Source: Schmidtea polychroa
Taxonomy: Eukaryota
Length of the DNA: 64,000 bases
Assembly (NCBI GenBank): GCA_044892525.1
Contig: CM097886.1
Location: 31,496,001 to 31,560,000 of the forward strand
Direction: 5' to 3'
Shown here: piece by piece, positions 53,509 through 64,000 of the stretch
Layout: each line of letters starts with the position of its first letter
Position numbering within the stretch: the stretch's first letter is position 1
The notes under the pieces: model-generated
What the model was told of the DNA's origin: nothing
Databases searched by the model: none
The model's input: the letters and a program-made list of their open reading frames with translations, nothing else
Made by a program: the position numbers and the translations under genes

Positions 53509-54042
53509 ATGGCAAACCCATTTCTAGATCACGATTCTAGTAATTATGGTAGCAAACAAGTAATCTTTGTACAGACTTTGTTGAAGTTAAAATAATATTT
53601 CTTAGAGCCAGTTGCAAGAAACAAGATCCAAAGTTTTAGACAGCCAAAAAAATGCCTTGAGGTCACTTTATAATTCTGAACAAGTTGGTGTGGCAACAGC
53701 TAATGAATTAATGGATCAAGGTGAAAAATTAGATAGAACTAATCAAAGATTAGATGAAATTGCTGAAAAGCAAAAAGTTAGCGATAAACATATTAAGAAT
53801 TTGAATTCAGGATTTGTTACTTCATTGTTTGGCTTATTTAAGAAGTATCTTTGTAATTATTTGGTTTAAATATTTATTAAATATAATTAAGAAAAGAAGC
53901 TCCAACTCAAACAATATCTAGCAAAGATAGAGTATATGACACCTATAGAGATCCTAATTTATCACAAGTGGTTACAGCTTATAAACCAACTGAATCTAGT
54001 AGAAGTAATGATGTTGCTGAAGGCGATGGAAGCGACTATAGG
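53509..54042 (+). CDS. snap29: SNAP29-like SNARE, 5' exons (53509-53559, 53606-53844, 53892-54042); second SNARE motif not found in window
   Basis: N-terminal MANPF (NPF motif), Qb SNARE SQKNALRSLYNSEQVGVATANELMDQGEKLDRTNQRLDEI...KHIKNLNS, GT-AG introns of 46 and 47 bp preserving frame. Confidence 0.8.
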
Positions 54043-55090
54043 GTAATTAAGATAAAGATAATTCAATGTTTCATTTAAATATATTTTTCCAAATATTATC
54101 TAATAATTGGTTTGTAAGATGCTTCCTTCAATTAAATTTCAACTGGCTTATAATTTTTACTCTATGCTATTAGTAGATTTTGAAATAGTTTATAAATGCA
54201 TGTAAACGAAATCGAAATATTCACAATGTTTTGTTGCAATAATGATAATTATGAATAATAATTGAACTTGTTTTTAACAAAGGTTTCGCTAAATAAAATC
54301 CTCGAGAACTTAAATTTTTTGTTTTTTTATATTTCCTGTAAAATTAAATTCTAGATAAATTGGAGGAAAAAATAAAATTCAATTATGATTTAACTAAAAC
54401 TTGGCTACTTTTTAAATTTTTGAGTTTATAAAGACGCACACACAAATTAATGCACGTATGTCTAACAATACTATAATCTTATTGGTCAATCACAATTTGA
54501 GTCATCTGGGTGACCTAAACCTACCCCAAGGTAAAATAAATTTCGGCAAAAGAAAGCTAGTTGAAAACACAATAGTCGGTTAAAAAATCAATATATTTTC
54601 AATTATTTTGGTACATCTATATCAAAAGTTGTTCAAAAATATCATTAGGTAGCTTCTGTAACGACTGCGTGCGTTGATCTATTGATCCATATTTATTTTG
54701 GCCATATTATCCAAGATCGTAGCCTTCAGCAAGTACATGATATTGTAGAAATACTTGTTGCTTTTGGTCAGCAACATTGGTGTTAAGCAGATTACCTGAT
54801 AAAAAAACAGACCCTTGTTGGAATTGGTACAACTAATAATGATATACAGTCCGAAAAACGAATCCAAATAACCAGGATAAACCAAAAATATGCTTGTTGA
54901 ATTTTGCAGTATTTATTTGTTTTTTCTCTTTTTAATTCTTTTGCATTATATTTTTATTTCATTTCTAATTTATATTTATTAAGTACTTCCTAAAATTTCT
55001 AATTTATGTAATTTACCTTATTCGCGATTCCATATCCAATTTTGCGTATTCATCCACTGCGTTCCCTTTTTACATGTTTTATTTTATTAA

Positions 55091-55306
55091 ATGTTGTTAA
55101 TTACTGTGTGTCACAAGTACACATTTGTGGATAGAGATACAAATGTACACACTCAAAATGTTGAAAGTTATAACAGCAAATTAAAAATATGCATCAAAAA
55201 AATGAAAGGATTAGATTCAACAGGTAGGTTTGCATTTATAAATGAATTTATGTTTCATGATTTATTCAAAGAAGAAACCTTTAGAAAAATAATTGAACTC
55301 CTTTAA
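55091..55306 (+). pseudogene. Merlin/IS1595-type transposase C-terminal fragment
   Basis: HKYTFVDRDTNVHTQNVESYNSKLK...G...FINEFMF matches the H..FVD..T..HTQ.IE...G...EF pattern of ISXO2/Merlin transposases. Confidence 0.7.
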
Positions 55307-55508
55307 TAAATCATTTTATGTATTTTACTTTAAATTAATTTAATGTTTTATTTTATTTACTAATTTTATATATATATTTCTTATTTATTTATTTTCGGGG
55401 CCTACTTTTTACATGTTCGGGGCTTACTTTTTACATGATTCGATAATTTAACCTATTACAAGCGCATTTTTTCCTATATCTTATTCTATTTTTAATTCTT
55501 TCTGTTAA

Positions 55509-55697
55509 CCTTTTGCGTCTCGTAAAAAAAGTTACCCACCAGGTCCACAATTGTTTTAATGATTTTTTGTATATATGATTTTCTTGAACTAAATTGGGTT
55601 TTTTAATAAACTTTTTTTTGGAATTAAAATTTTATTTTATGACAATCATACAATATAAATAATCATTCAAAAAGACTCGACATAGGACCGCAAAGGG
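55509..55697. mobile_element. piggyBac-like MITE (189 bp)
   Basis: TTAA on both sides (55505-55508, 55698-55701), ends CCTTTTGCG / CGCAAAGGG. Confidence 0.65.
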
Positions 55698-57990
55698 TTA
55701 AAATTTTATTTTTATCTTTTATTTCTTATTATTGCCTTCTCTCTGAATTTGTCTTAATTTTGTTATTTATTATTAGTTAGGTCGGTATTTTTTTCTTACT
55801 GAACTTCTTGTACGTTATTATTTTTATGTTTATAATTTTCTGTCTGTTTTCTCCTTACTTAATTGTTTATTTGGTGTTTTTATCGTGTTTTGGGTTTAAA
55901 TCGGCCTAATGTTATGTTTTTCGAGTCGTGTTACTAACATATTTCCACAAAAAATTGTTTTATCTTGAGAGTTTTGGCCTCACAAAGTTATTTAAATTTT
56001 TTTTTAATTTACCAAATTCGATTTATTCAATTATAAATCATGAAAAATTCGGGCCAAATCGATGAGAATCTCAATGTCGTTAAACATATTATTTTAAATA
56101 TGTTCAATTATAATAAAAGATATTCATAAAAGATATTAAAAAAGATATTCATAACATTCCATATATCATTTCATTTATTTCTTATCTAAATTTAATAGTT
56201 ATTTGATTGTTGCTAAGCAACTGTAACAATAAATAGTAGGTCAATTGATGTTCGACATAACTATGCTGATTAAATATTTATTTTATAAACTTAAAGATTT
56301 TTAATTCAATATATTAATTAATAAAATAAGATAATTAACACAGAATAATTGGTTTTGAAATGCAGTCAGGTTTTTCTATATTGTCTACATTTTTTACTAT
56401 TTTTCTCCTGCAATTTTCGCAAAAAAATAATTAGATTAGCTAACAATTAAATAATTAAATGAACTGTATTTTGTTGACAACAAGACAATTTGACAGGTGA
56501 CCTCTAGTCTCTCTGCCCAAATATCCCATTCAGCTAATTTAATATTGGGTAAAAAAGCTTTATTGACTTTTGAGAAAGAGTTAGTCTCACTATTTTCTCA
56601 TTTATCACATGGCTCGGGTTATCCACATAGGTACTAAATTACTTATTTATTTTTAATAAATTTGTATTTTTTGAATATCTTCTTCGTCTCATTATTTGTC
56701 ATCCGTACATACCTGTTTCCCCCCGAAATACACCAATTTTTAATTTTCCAAATATTTTATTGATTTTTAATTTTTATAAATCGTGACATTTTATCGATTT
56801 GCACATCCCAATTTCTTTTAAAAAGTGTCATGAAATTAGAATCTATGTGTAATCAAATATCACTTATTTTGGCTAATAACAGTACATTTCGATGTAGTTC
56901 AATCCCATTTTGAGAAACTATGTTTACATGATGGGGCATGCTTTAGAAAATCGGACAAAAGTATATAACTGTTGAATTAGTATTATTGCTCGCTATGATA
57001 GAGCTAATGATCTAATTTTCCATGTTCGCTATCAGAATAAGAACTCAACACAATAAATTTTATTTGTACTACAAAATCACAATTGCTACAATTTTTACTA
57101 ACAATATTAAAACTTTGCTTGAAATTATCTGCAGGAAAACCTAAGGGAAATCGTCTTAAGCCAAAATTGAAAAACAGCTAGTACAGTAGATTATTGAAAA
57201 TCAATAATTCGTGTGTTATGTATTTACATAATATAATTAATCTCTATTTTATGCAAAATACGCAATACTAATCTTTGATTAATAATGCGGTTCGGATTAA
57301 TCAAATCGATTAGCACTCACGAAGCAATGAATTCATTAAGCAAATCATAATCAATTATCAACCGGCTAATTATTACATAATTCAATTTAATTTATTTATT
57401 TTCATATAAATTATTGATTTTTTAAATATGCACATTTTATTTTATTGATCATTACATTTTTCATCTTGATTTTTGAAGAACAATGGTATCTGAAAACTTT
57501 TCATGCATCGAATACCAAAGTATAAAGATTGAATATATATTATCAAAAAATTGTAAATAGTAATTATACTTGTTTTTCTTTATACATTCGACAACAATTG
57601 CACAAAAATATTTTCCCATACCTTCTAAAAATCGAATCAAAAATTTCAAATTTTCATTAATTCCTATTTTTGTGTGAAATTCACTTTCATCGAATGTACA
57701 TTTTGAATATATTGAAAATATTTTTCATTTTTTTAATTTATTAAATTTAAAATTCAAATGTAAAGAAACCATATAAAATGAAATCGGTTGTTCAATTGCA
57801 AAATTTGCTTTAAATCATTGTTTCCCAACCTTTTTTAGCTCATGTCCCCCCTAGCTGAATTTTTTTTTCTTTTGTCCCCCCTATGCAAAACATTTTACAG
57901 TTTTTAAAAAATTTCCAACTATTTTTATTGATATACGTAATTAATAGATAAAGATTAATTTTTTTATTCAATGAGACGATTGACTCTGAT

Positions 57991-60900
57991 TAGGGTGCCA
58001 ATGAAATACATGGCAAAAATTTAAGTGTAATATTTTTCAGGTCTTACCCCCTAATTTTGTTCCTATTGATATGGTAATCAACTGGTATTTTTTTCTTCAA
58101 CATTCAATTATATTTAGAGGTTGCTCACTGGCATCATAGTCCAACATATTGTACGTTATGGGTTTATTCCTAATAAAATACAACATTGAGTTGAATGAGT
58201 TTACTTACTTATTAGTGTGAGTCATTGCAATTATATATTCTTTGGAGATTGTTGTTGTCTGCATTTTTATTGGATTTTAAATTTTGTTCTTTATTGCGTG
58301 TGTGACTTGTGACTTTCTTATTTAATGCAAAGCTAACTCTGGGTAAATGTATTGTTTCATAACACTTAATTTATGAATATTTAATTGGTGCAATAGACTG
58401 ATTTGTTGCAAATTGGCCAGTGGGCCTGTCAGTGTCTAGTTGTCTAGTCCTGCTACTTATTTTTTGTTGTTGTTGCAATGCAGTATAACGTTGCTTATTA
58501 TAATGGATCTGAGCTACTGACTACTGACTGACTTGCGAGCTTGTTTTATATTTTTCTGTGCATATACTTGCAGATATCCTGGTTCAATGGCAGCTGTGTG
58601 TATAAGTAAAGGCAAAGATCGAGGCATCTGGTTGATTGGTGGAACATTGAGTGAACTAACAGGCAGCAAACTACCATCAAATCGTCAAGTACTTGCAAGA
58701 TTTTTCCACTTTCATTTGAATGAAAAGCTGACTATTCAGGACAGTGCTGTATCAACAACAAGAGAACTATTACAATTTTGGATGAAAGCCAGAATACCAA
58801 CCCGACAGGACTATAATATTGTTGCCAAGTTGAAGGATTTGCATGCAAAATGGCAAGCGCTTAAGAAAAATATGGCAAGGATGTCCAAAGTGCAAAAGAG
58901 TAAAGAGGATGCATTTTCGGAAAGTTTGGATGATTTATTCGATGTTGCACATGCAAATGCAATGAAACTCATCAAAATTGAAGAGGACAAGAAATTCTTG
59001 GAAGCACAGCGAGAAAAGGGCAGGCGGGGATGCATGGGTGCAGTAGACACAAAGCTTACGAAGCAGGAGGAAAGACGCCGGCAGCGAGAACTTTTAGAGG
59101 AGCAAAGAAAGGTCAGAGAAGAGCAGAGACAGTGCGATGCTTCAGTCGTAAGAAGTTTGGGTGAAAGCAGTGAAAGTGAAGATGACAGCAGTAGTCTAAC
59201 AGTGTCGGATCCCAGTCTGTCTATGCCAGCGCCAAAACGTCACCGTCCAATGAACATACTTACTCCAGAGCTGGCATCTGCACTTGATCGGACGAAAGTA
59301 AGTGACAGAAATGCCACGTACATTTTGGCTGCCGCTGCCAAGTCACTTGGCCACAATCCCAGTGAGCTAACTTTAAACAAAGAGTCAACCAGACTAGCTC
59401 GAAGGCAACATCGTGCAGACATTGCTGCTGAAGTGCGAAACAGTTTTTCACCCGATACGCCATTGACAGTTCACTGGGATGGCAAGCTGCTTCCCGAGTT
59501 GACAGGAAAAGAGACTGTGTATAGACTTGCAATAATTGTGTCTGGGGATGGCGTAATGAAACTGTTGGCTGTTCCCAAGTTATCAAGTGGAACTGGTGAA
59601 GCTCAGGCTACAGCAGTACATGAAGTGTTACTGGACTGGAATTTAACCGATCGAATTATTGGCATGTCATTTGACACCACAGCAAGCAACTCCGGAAATA
59701 AAGCTGGCGCATGCGTTTTGTTGGAAAACAAGTTGAAGAAACAGCTGTTGAGTTTGGCATGCAGGCACCACATTCATGAACTTATTGTCGCTAAAGTCTT
59801 TGAAACAGTGATTGAAAAGGCATCAAGTGGTCCACAGATCAAATTGTTCCAGAGATTCTCAGCAGCATGGAGAACAATCAACAGACAAGCGTTTGAAAGT
59901 GGTATCGGTGATGATCAACTTGCCAGTGAACTAAATCCAATCAAAGAAGAAATGCTTGTCTTTCTGAAGCAGCAGCTTCTGACATTCCAGCCAAGAGACG
60001 ACTATAAGGAGTTACTTCAGTTGAGCATTTTGTTTCTTGGTGATGCGTCTGATAATGTCACTGTGCATGCACCAGGAGCCTATCACAGAGCCAGGTGGAT
60101 GGTCAAACTTATATACTGTCTCAAAATTTACTTGTACCGTTCACAGTTTCATCTTACACCTCGAGAACTTTCAGGACTTCGACAAATGAATGTTTTCGTC
60201 ATCACCATCTACCTGAAGGTGTGGTTTACTTGTCCATCGGCACCTTCAGCTCCGCAACATGACTTGGAATTGTTGCAGCAACTGGTCCAGTACAAAACAA
60301 GAAATGAAGCAGTTGCCAATGCAGCACTCATTACCTTTCTTCGCCATCTGTGGTACCTCGGTGAAACCCTGATCGGTTTGGCTTTCTTTGATGACGAAGT
60401 GCCGGTCGAGAGTAAAGAGCTAATGGTTGCCGCACTATCGCGTGAAGGTGAAGATGAGCCATGCAAACGTATACAACTGGATGAGAAGGACATTTCTACA
60501 AAGAAACTCTCAGATTTCGTCACAACCAATACCAGGCAGTTCTTTGTCGCACTCGAAATTCCACAGGACTTCCTCCGACAGCATCCTTTAGGATGGAAAT
60601 CTAACTCTGACTACATTCGGGGTCTGAGTCGTTTCAAGGCTCTTAAAGTTGTCAATGATGCAGCTGAACGTGGCGTATCACTGATACAATCATTTAATGC
60701 TGTCATTACAAACCAGGAGGAACAGAAACAGTTTTTACTTCAGGTGGTCGAGAAGCATCGCCACGACTACCCGGACCCCAAGAAGTCTACGCTTGCAGGC
60801 TGCTCCAGTGACAATTAAACTTGCACTTTTACTTAAGTAGATTCAGCTAAGCACAGTGTAATGTGTGTAATAGCACTAAACTTCACTTTGCAGAATGCAG

Positions 60901-61154
60901 AGTAACATTTATTTTCCAAATCATCATTCATTAACTGTGTACTGTATAATATGTTTTATTAATATTGTTTTTTCTTAAGCATTACAATATTAGTCGTTGA
61001 CCGTACATACAGTAAACGGTCACATCCATTGAGCAAGTGGTAAACATAACCCAATTCAAATTATTTTTTGGCTAGATAAATAGGATGCCAATATGAACAA
61101 ATTTAGGGGGTAAGAACTGGCAAAATTAGCATTTCATTTTTCATTGGCACCCTA
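57991..61154 (+). mobile_element. Nested intact hAT-superfamily element (hATm-like), 3,164 bp
   Basis: 16 bp perfect TIR TAGGGTGCCAATGAAA, 8 bp TSD ACTCTGAT (57983-57990, 61155-61162). Confidence 0.93.
58587..60818 (+). CDS. Intact hAT-like DDE transposase (743 aa from the first ATG; ORF track starts at TTG 58533)
   Basis: VHWDGKLL, MSFDTTASNSG, LACRHHIHEL, RARWM, RHLWYL, VNDAAERGV; no stops. Confidence 0.9.
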   Translation: MAAVCISKGKDRGIWLIGGTLSELTGSKLPSNRQVLARFFHFHLNEKLTIQDSAVSTTRELLQFWMKARIPTRQDYNIVAKLKDLHAKWQALKKNMARMSKVQKSKEDAFSESLDDLFDVAHANAMKLIKIEEDKKFLEAQREKGRRGCMGAVDTKLTKQEERRRQRELLEEQRKVREEQRQCDASVVRSLGESSESEDDSSSLTVSDPSLSMPAPKRHRPMNILTPELASALDRTKVSDRNATYILAAAAKSLGHNPSELTLNKESTRLARRQHRADIAAEVRNSFSPDTPLTVHWDGKLLPELTGKETVYRLAIIVSGDGVMKLLAVPKLSSGTGEAQATAVHEVLLDWNLTDRIIGMSFDTTASNSGNKAGACVLLENKLKKQLLSLACRHHIHELIVAKVFETVIEKASSGPQIKLFQRFSAAWRTINRQAFESGIGDDQLASELNPIKEEMLVFLKQQLLTFQPRDDYKELLQLSILFLGDASDNVTVHAPGAYHRARWMVKLIYCLKIYLYRSQFHLTPRELSGLRQMNVFVITIYLKVWFTCPSAPSAPQHDLELLQQLVQYKTRNEAVANAALITFLRHLWYLGETLIGLAFFDDEVPVESKELMVAALSREGEDEPCKRIQLDEKDISTKKLSDFVTTNTRQFFVALEIPQDFLRQHPLGWKSNSDYIRGLSRFKALKVVNDAAERGVSLIQSFNAVITNQEEQKQFLLQVVEKHRHDYPDPKKSTLAGCSSDN

Positions 61155-64000
61155 ACTCTGATGGTTACTGCAGAGTGATTTAATATTAGGTTCGAAGTTG
61201 GTAAGTTTAAGCCTTAGATCTCCTCTTTCGATGATATCTAAATGATTTCTCTTCTTGATAAGTAAATCATTAATTACACTAAATCCACATTCAGATAAAT
61301 AGGTAGTGGGAAATGGTAATAATAGTTTTCTTGCATAAGATGTTGACATTGGATATTTTTTATTCATCTCATCGCTAAGCCATGCCATTATCCCTTTCAA
61401 ACCAAACAGATTTTTTATTGATTCATCGTTTTGAATCTCAGCGATTTCTTCTATATATTCGAAATTTTCGAATTCTGCCAAATCTATAAGCATCGGCTGT
61501 GTTATCCAATTTGGGAAGATAATTTCTTTTAAGTCTGAAAACCTCTCTTCTAAGTCTTCTATAAGTTATTTTAAATGGTCAAGAATCACTGACTTGGCTG
61601 ATTCACTTACTTCACATTTCTGAAGCCAATTAAAACTTTCAAAGTTTTTCTTTGAGAGTGATTTAATACTTTTTTTTAAAAGCGAAATAAAACTAAAAAT
61701 TTTTGCTTTAACTTCAATAAGATTTCTGTTTTTCCCTTGAAGTTGCTTGTTGAGAGTATTAAACTTCTCAAAGATATCTGTTAAATAGCTCAAATAAGCC
61801 TTACCATCTTTCGTCATTAAGAATTTCATCTCAATCTTGTCGGAAAGAAAGACACTAAGACTATCAAAAAGCTCCATGAATCTAGCCAAACAATTTCCTT
61901 TTGAAAGCCATCTTACTTCAGTATGTAATAAAAGTCGAATATATTCTTCATTTTGTTCTTTACAGAATAACTTAAAAAGACGTTCATTCTTTGAATTGGC
62001 TTTAATGAAATTAATACATTTTATAACTGACTGTAAAACTTCATTTAACTTAGGAGAAATCTTCTTGGCTACCAAATTTTCTCTGTGAATGACACAATGA
62101 ATAATCATCATTTCTGGATTTTCGTCTTTAAGTAATTTAAGGCAGCCATTTTTTTTCCCATCATGCTAGGAGCTCCATCTGAAGCACAGGAAGTAATATT
62201 ACTTAGAGGTATATTATTAATTGTAAGATAATCTTTTAGATGATTTAAAATATCTTTCGCAGTTGTACTTTCCAGCGATCTGCTGAATAAAAATTCTTCA
62301 AAAAATTCCTCTTTATCAATGTATCTTACGTAAGCAATTAATATCGATTCGCTGTCTCTAAAAGTTGATTCGTCCATTTGTAAAGAGAAATTTAAAGTTT
62401 TTAGTTTCTCAACAAGTTGATTCTCCACATCTTTACTCATTTCATCAATTCTTCTACTGACAGTATTATTACTTAACGGCATTCCCTTAACATCCGCGTC
62501 ATCTTTACCCATAACTATCCTAGGAAATGCAGAAATCGAAGGCTTGATCAGACTTTCTCCTACTGTATGATTTTTTCCAGATTTTGCAATCATCTTTGAA
62601 ATTTCAAAACTAGCTTCAAGTGTACGATCACTTATAGAACTATGAAGGGTAAACAAAGATGTCAAAGTTGTTCTCTGTTCGAATTGTTTCTTTAAGGATT
62701 GAAAGAAAGCCAAATCAGATGTTTTATAAGAACTATGCTTGGCCAAAAAGTGTGCTTCGAGGCGACCTCGTTTCATTGATTCATTTGTAAGACATTGCTT
62801 ACAAAGCAGACACAAAGGTAATCATAAGTTGCAGGTATAAAACCAAATTTCAAATATTCTAGTGAGTACTTACGAATTTTTTTTTGTCAAGCGCACTTTT
62901 CTTGTTCTATCATTATAATTTTTTTCCTTCATTTTTCTGTTACCCCTAAAAAAAATTTTATATTTTTTAAAAGACACAATGATCAAAAGTTTTTAAAATA
63001 TTCAAAAAAATAATGAAAATTTGAACATAACTAAACAATTAAGAAGCTAAAATTTCTTACTATTATTTTAAATATAACATAACTAAACAATTAAGAAACT
63101 AAAATTTCTTACTATTATTTTTCATTATTTAAAAAACCTATGGATAAGATTTGAAGAAAAAATCAAAAAAAGTTGCCATAGTTTTTTTGCGGATGAAAAA
63201 TAAAGAATTGAATCTTTTAACACGATTTTACTCATTATCTATTGTTTTTATGCTTACCATACTGTTTAATTATAAACATAAAAAGAGATAATGAAAAAGA
63301 TGATCTTCTGCTTAGATAAAACCCAAAAATTTTCTTACTAAAAATATAATGAAAATAATAATTTTTCGATCTATAATAAAGTCATAAAACTAAATAAGAA
63401 TTGGATATTAAAATTTCGTAGACTATTCTCGAATTTTACTGAAGAAAATAAAGAAAACGTAACCCAAACATAAAATTAACATATATTCCCTAAAATTGAA
63501 ATTGCCCCCCTGGAAATCGAAATTGCCTCCAAGTGGGGCGTGGGCCCCACGTTGGGAAACACTGCTTTAAATCATAAATTTTTTTAATTTTATTGTGGGT
63601 TGAATTTTGTTAAGTTATTTTCCCTGAACATTCAAACAATCATATTTAGCTTTGTAAATATGCTAATCTCTTAGTGATTCTAGACTGTGTTTCAGTAATC
63701 ATCTAGTATCTGTTTTCTCTTATATGGGAACAGGGAAATCTTCTAAAGACTATCGCCAACTCGCAACCTTTTAAACAAATAATCTTGCAATACTATATTT
63801 GGCACAAATCAAATATAGATATTTGTAGTATTCAATCGATGGTCGGTTTGTACAAAGAACGTAGACGTAGTTAGTGTTTACTAGGAACTCGTTTGAGTGG
63901 AATAGTTTCAATTCCCTATTCCTAGCACGACAGTGATTTAGCAAGTTACTCTTTAATTTCTAGCTAGTAATTAAACTCGTTGTTACCACCACTGTAGTGC

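Larger units (their letters stand above)
57968..62913 (-). pseudogene. Frameshifted Buster-type hAT transposase
   Basis: KKIRKYSLEYLKFGF, CLLC..H BED-like finger, LQMDES, SDGAPSM, HCVIHRENL, EVRWLS, PFPTTYLSECGFS. Split across three frames (62815-62108, 62111-61566, 61493-61152). The last codons QSSH-stop lie beyond the nested insertion at 57968-57982. Confidence 0.92.
57816..63564 (-). mobile_element. Buster/Charlie-type hAT transposon (inactivated), host of a nested hAT
   Basis: TIR CA(T/G)TGTTTCCCAAC, 8 bp TSD CTTTAAAT (57808-57815, 63565-63572) with the central TA typical of Buster elements. Confidence 0.92.

Overview
AT-rich eukaryotic (animal-type) genomic DNA with short 45-51 bp introns, dense in transposable elements. 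It is not prokaryotic, and no rRNA, tRNA or CRISPR locus is supported. The dominant feature is an apparently intact, very young giant LTR retroelement of about 29.9 kb (1114-31009, minus strand). It has two 3,842 bp LTRs with TGTTGGG...CCCAACA ends, a 4 bp target duplication (CTCG) and a tRNA-Pro-type primer binding site. One uninterrupted 4,617 aa ORF encodes, in order: Ty3/gypsy capsid, three CCHC knuckles, ubiquitin-like and possible death-fold segments, a Bcl-2-like domain, a complete signal-peptide-to-TM envelope glycoprotein (gB/chuvirus-G-like) placed before the protease, PR-RT-RH-IN, two ankyrin modules and a terminal membrane protein. Separate ORFs encode an IAP-type RING protein, an intronless TRAF, three coiled-coil proteins, a type I membrane protein and a gene inside each LTR. 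Together this looks like an enveloped retroelement carrying a cell-death/NF-kB manipulation kit (inference). Size and context recall the giant 'Burro' gypsy elements described from the planarian Schmidtea genome, so host identity and novelty need a database check. The rest of the window holds a probable 4.5 kb solo LTR of a sister family (it shares the LTR-borne gene), an intron-containing host TRAF-like gene, the 5' part of snap29, a decayed gypsy gag-PR, MULE, Merlin, piggyBac-like and Tc1-like relics, a 1.37 kb foldback element, and an intact hAT nested inside a dead Buster-type hAT. Domain calls come from motif recognition by eye, and no searches were run.
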